From the IMG/VR virus record IMGVR_UViG_3300021255_002352: a stretch of DNA of 20,000 nucleotides. One strand, 5' to 3'. Below the pieces are notes generated by a model. That model had not been told where the DNA came from. It searched no databases and saw only the letters and a list, made by a program, of their open reading frames with translations. This DNA comes from an uncultured virus (IMG/VR IMGVR_UViG_3300021255_002352). Its lineage: Duplodnaviria; Heunggongvirae; Uroviricota; Caudoviricetes. Below are positions 17,040 through 20,000 of this stretch, piece after piece. Position 1 is the stretch's first letter. Every line of letters starts with the position of its first letter. Position numbers and translations under genes: made by a program.

Positions 17040-17322
17040 TTAAAATACTCTCCTTATTCTCCGGATAAATAAATCTTGAGAAAGACATTTTATTCATAAG
17101 CTTCACTCTATAGTCTTGATTAGGACGATGTGAAGCATGCATGGAACGTTTAACTTCAAGAGCTGCCCAATGCGGTCCATATAATATCAATAGATCTGGT
17201 ACACCTTGAATAAGCCGTGGATCTAATTTAAATACCATACAGCCTTCAAAACGTTTCTTAATTTCTTTAATTAAGTCTTTCTGAAAATTTCTTTCTAAAA
17301 TATCAATTTTCTTTTTCTTCAT
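17011..17322 (-). CDS. VRR-NUC domain nuclease
   Basis: LERNFQ...GVPDLLIL...ALEVKR...RPNQ. Start at ATG 17322 with SD GGAGAGGAG. Confidence 0.85.
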   Translation of the reverse strand: MKKKKIDILERNFQKDLIKEIKKRFEGCMVFKLDPRLIQGVPDLLILYGPHWAALEVKRSMHASHRPNQDYRVKLMNKMSFSRFIYPENKESILNELEQSWKH

Positions 17323-17474
17323 AAGCGCTCCTCTCCAAAAACGTTTGTGACACAAAAAGAAAGAGAGCAAGTTAAAATAACCGACACAAACATACAAAAG
17401 TCGGCATTTATTACTTCTCCCTTCATAACAGGGCATGAAATTTACGCGAACTGATTTTTAGAAGAAAAATATCT

Positions 17475-17722
17475 GTGGACAAAAACCCACTTTTTTTCTT
17501 TAACTATTTATATATTTATTTTTCTTTTCATATAAATATAAGAAAAAAGTGGGCAAAGTGTCCAAAAGTGCAAAAAAGCCTTATTTTAAAGGCTTTTTTC
17601 GTGGCCAAAAATTTTTTAAAAGTGGCCAAAAACCCACTTTTTTGTCCAAATTTTCATTTTCTTGTTCTAAAAATTTTTCAAAACCCAGAAAAAAGTGTCC
17701 AATGGCCAAAAAAGTGTCCACA
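17475..17722. repeat. Iteron-like repeat array with AT-rich core (putative replication origin)
   Basis: About 10 copies of GTG(G/T)(C/A/G)CAAA-like units. A 22-bp direct repeat GTGG(A/C)CAAAAACCCACTTTTTT occurs at 17475 and 17622. Inverted repeats at 17486-17500/17540-17553 flank an almost pure A/T tract, and a second inverted repeat spans 17572-17599. Confidence 0.7.
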
Positions 17723-17787
17723 AATTTTCGTCCTTATATGCTTTAAAACCTAGTTCGTACAGATATCTTTTAGTGCCATTTGATCTC

Positions 17788-17820
17788 AAAAAGAAGAGCC
17801 CTAGAGAATATCCAGAGCTC
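17788..17820 (-). terminator. Rho-independent terminator
   Basis: Minus strand GAGCTCTGGA-TATTC-TCTAGGGCTC (10-bp stem with two G-U pairs) followed by TTCTTTTT, 8 nt after the stop of the HTH gene. Confidence 0.8.
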
Positions 17821-17828
17821 TGCCAAGA

Positions 17829-18005
17829 CTACTCAGCAACAGGGAAAAGTTTCTTTTTCCAAGCTCGAATAGTTGATGCATTGACACCAAGACGGCCAGC
17901 GATCTGAGAAACAGGAACTTTCTCTTCACACAGAGCCTTAGTGTAGCCCTGCTTGAATGCTCGATCGATCTCTACATGCATCTTTTCTTTTTCTTTGTCT
18001 GTCAT
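17829..18005 (-). CDS. Small HTH DNA-binding protein
   Basis: Hand-translated 58 aa, not in the ORF track: MTDKEKEKMHVEIDRAFKQGYTKALCEEKVPVSQIAGRLGVNASTIRAWKKKLFPVAE. AAGGAGG SD, HTH pattern, terminator downstream. Confidence 0.8.
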   Translation of the reverse strand: MTDKEKEKMHVEIDRAFKQGYTKALCEEKVPVSQIAGRLGVNASTIRAWKKKLFPVAE

Positions 18006-18035
18006 TGTTTCTTCCTCCTTTAAAATATCAAATGA

Positions 18036-18335
18036 CTAACTGTATAGTAAAAGCGACATCGTGTCATCCTGGGTAAAGAGCATCTCGCTTGTCTGCGTGT
18101 ACTCCCTTACCACGATTTCTCCGGTGTCGCTGCTATAGCATACCAAATATCTTTTAGACATGTCAGTTCTTAAGGCGATAGTTGCATTATAATAACCACT
18201 TTCCAGATCACGTTTAATATCAATTACACTCAAATAGTTCTCGGTTATTGGTTCTTCGCATGCAGCTTCCCTTATTTTATTAATACAGACCAAGACTGTC
18301 TCTTTAGCTAATAAGTAAAAGTCGTCATCTTTCAT
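18036..18335 (-). CDS. Hypothetical protein
   Basis: 99 aa ORF with AAGGAAG upstream, co-oriented with neighbours. Confidence 0.65.
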   Translation of the reverse strand: MKDDDFYLLAKETVLVCINKIREAACEEPITENYLSVIDIKRDLESGYYNATIALRTDMSKRYLVCYSSDTGEIVVREYTQTSEMLFTQDDTMSLLLYS

Positions 18336-18386
18336 AGAATATCTTCTTCCTTCACATCGGCCATTTCGTCGATCTTCTTAGCTAAT

Positions 18387-18614
18387 TTAGATATACTCTC
18401 CTTTTTTGTTTTTCTCCGAGTAAATATCAAGATCACCTTGAGACTGATAAGTAACAAACTCAAAATGATCGCGATCAAACCTGTTCTTTGCGTATTTCTC
18501 GTCACTTGTTCTTTCACACTCTCCTTTCTTCAAATACTTACAGGCAGCTCCGCTGCAAGCACCATCAGCTATCTTTCTTTTGGCGTCACAAATATAAAAG
18601 AACTTATCAGCCAT
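18387..18614 (-). CDS. Small Cys-containing hypothetical protein
   Basis: 75 aa with four Cys (YICD, ACSGAAC, ECERTSD); starts 2 bp after the upstream stop. Confidence 0.6.
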   Translation of the reverse strand: MADKFFYICDAKRKIADGACSGAACKYLKKGECERTSDEKYAKNRFDRDHFEFVTYQSQGDLDIYSEKNKKGEYI

Positions 18615-18616
18615 AG

Positions 18617-18850
18617 TTATTCAGCTTTATGTTCTTTCTTACGAGACAGCTTAGGTTTCTGTATTACTTTAGTTTTTAGTTCTTCTAAGTCAGTTTTAAG
18701 AGAATCAATGCAAGCGTTTTGAAGCTTTGTGATTTCTCTAAGTTCAATTATCTCTGTGTCAAGATCTTGCACGATTGATATTAAGACACTAATCGCTATA
18801 ACAACCAGGATCACCATTAAGGACATCCATAGTATTTCATTAAACGTCAT
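18617..18850 (-). CDS. Small membrane-anchored coiled-coil protein
   Basis: N-terminal hydrophobic helix ILWMSLMVILVVIAISVLISIV followed by a heptad region; GGGGAG SD. Confidence 0.7.
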   Translation of the reverse strand: MTFNEILWMSLMVILVVIAISVLISIVQDLDTEIIELREITKLQNACIDSLKTDLEELKTKVIQKPKLSRKKEHKAE

Positions 18851-18852
18851 AG

Positions 18853-19131
18853 TTAACTCCCCATTTCAAAAAGCATAATCCATTTACGTTTAGACTTCTG
18901 CAGCTTGTCTTCCAGCAGCTCCCATTCTTCAACCGGGCAATTAAAGACTTTGATCCAGTAATTAGCTTTCTTGTCTTCGTAGACAGTCCACCAGTACTTT
19001 GCATCGTCGTCTTCGTCAATGCCAAGCTCGTGCAAATATAAATGGACCTCATCCTTACGAGTCTTAGTAGCTCTACTTCTTTTCGGACCAAGCTTGATAG
19101 AGAATGTCTGCGTAACTTTTTTAGTCAGCAT
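18853..19131 (-). CDS. Hypothetical protein
   Basis: Likely start ATG 19131 (MLTKKV, AAAGGA upstream), overlapping the stop of the preceding gene. Confidence 0.6.
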   Translation of the reverse strand: MLTKKVTQTFSIKLGPKRSRATKTRKDEVHLYLHELGIDEDDDAKYWWTVYEDKKANYWIKVFNCPVEEWELLEDKLQKSKRKWIMLFEMGS

Positions 19132-19366
19132 TACTCGTCCTTTCTTCAGGCATGATCTGTACTTTAATTGAATTATCATTGTAGTAAGTTTCGAAAATGG
19201 CTTTGACATAGATCATAGCATCTTCCAAAGGCATATTATCTGCTGTCAGATGTCCATTAACATAAACCTTGTATTTGTTTTCTATCATTAGATTTCTCCT
19301 TTCTGATTCGGTTGCATTGTACAGTGGAGACCACAGAATCCTCGATGTCTCTTCACTCATGCTCAT
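19121..19366 (-). CDS. Hypothetical protein (start either 19366 or 19288)
   Basis: ATGA overlap at 19363-19366; an alternative ATG at 19288 has an AAGGAG SD. Confidence 0.6.
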   Translation of the reverse strand: MSMSEETSRILWSPLYNATESERRNLMIENKYKVYVNGHLTADNMPLEDAMIYVKAIFETYYNDNSIKVQIMPEERTSNAD

Positions 19367-19545
19367 TCTGTTTTCCTTTTAGCATCTGCACAGAACCAAT
19401 TTTCATCACGATGTACTGCGAACTCACCAATCGTGCAGACTGACGGCTTATATCTCTTGTCATCTGTATAGCCATCTTTGCCGCTCTTCATTTCCCAAAT
19501 TTCGTAATACTTGCAATCTTTACATCTGATTATTTCTTTGCTCAT
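19363..19545 (-). CDS. Small Cys-rich (CxxC) phage protein
   Basis: MSKEIIRCKDCKYY...C...WFCADAKRK with AGGAG SD before ATG 19545. Confidence 0.7.
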   Translation of the reverse strand: MSKEIIRCKDCKYYEIWEMKSGKDGYTDDKRYKPSVCTIGEFAVHRDENWFCADAKRKTE

Positions 19546-19555
19546 TCCGTTTCTC

Positions 19556-19669
19556 CTAAGCTGTATAGACATATTGTCTTATATCAACATAAACTTCACT
19601 ATCTGTCTTTACTAGAATATACAAATAGTATTTGCCATCTACGTACAGTAAATTGAATTGATCACTCAT
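19556..19669 (-). CDS. Small hypothetical protein (37 aa)
   Basis: Hand-translated MSDQFNLLYVDGKYYLYILVKTDSEVYVDIRQYVYTA with AGGAG SD; fills the gap and overlaps the upstream stop. Confidence 0.5.
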   Translation of the reverse strand: MSDQFNLLYVDGKYYLYILVKTDSEVYVDIRQYVYTA

Positions 19670-20000
19670 TCTGTTTCTCCTGTTTCAGTAATATCCTGCA
19701 TTTTTTGTGAAAGCTTTCTAGTCCGAAATCTTTTATTACATTAAGAAGATCGAGAATAAGCTTTTCCGTTTCAGGATGAAAATATCTTCCACCACGAACT
19801 TTAATATAGTATTTTAAAGGTTCTTCTTCGGTCCACTTTTCCTTACTATATGTTTTTCCGGCTCCAATCCAGTCGCATACCATCTCGATTACATACTTAA
19901 GCGGTATTTTGTTGGCGATTATTTTGCCATCATCTGAAAAATCAGTCCACCATTCCCAATGATGCTTGTTGTGGCCTTTATGATGTAACCATGCGACCGA
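19662..20000 (-). CDS. DUF5662-like HD-related protein (5' end outside window)
   Basis: The frame is open to the window edge: AWLHHKGHNKHHWEWW...IPLKYVIEMVCDWIGAGKTY. Confidence 0.72.
   Translation of the reverse strand, partial: SVAWLHHKGHNKHHWEWWTDFSDDGKIIANKIPLKYVIEMVCDWIGAGKTYSKEKWTEEEPLKYYIKVRGGRYFHPETEKLILDLLNVIKDFGLESFHKKCRILLKQEKQNE

Noticed and set aside
17323..17436. N-terminal extension of the VRR-NUC ORF
   Set aside because: A strong SD precedes ATG 17322, and the extension overlaps the hairpin/promoter region.
17475..17907. Plus-strand ORFs across the repeat region, and the repeats as a CRISPR array
   Set aside because: The ORFs are translations of low-complexity repeats. The repeat units are about 9 bp, irregularly spaced and lack unique 30-40 bp spacers.
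18332..19091. ORFs 18332-18517 (-), 18438-18722 (+) and 18840-19091 (-)
   Set aside because: They overlap better-tiled genes in other frames. 18332-18517 has a hydrophobic stretch and cannot be fully excluded.

Overview
This is a 20 kb segment of a low-GC tailed phage or prophage, probably Firmicutes-infecting, with an HK97-like head module. Essentially all genes lie on the minus strand. Reading in transcription order from right to left: small hypothetical genes; an HTH gene and terminator; an iteron/AT-rich origin-like region; a VRR-NUC nuclease; a PD-(D/E)XK nuclease; a 997-aa single-chain RNA-polymerase-like protein (LSGADFDGD); a candidate cos site and a structured-RNA-like element; TerS-like, HNH, head-tail connector and TerL genes; a ~7.3 kb accessory block; portal; and a prohead protease/scaffold/major capsid fusion truncated at the window edge. 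The accessory block holds two tandem papain-fold toxin plus immunity-like pairs, two proteins with a shared ELYHxGILGQKWG N-terminus, and a six-gene Cys/Asn/Gly-rich cassette with its own small Cys-peptidase-like protein. The main hypothesis is that an N-terminal L-x-H-x-G tag on four unrelated proteins (RNAP, toxin, two basic proteins) matches a hydrophobic-x-His motif repeated eight times in the scaffold region of the capsid precursor. This suggests a capsid-loading and maturation-cleavage system that delivers an RNA polymerase and a MuF-independent polymorphic toxin. All family calls come from motif recognition by eye; no searches were run.
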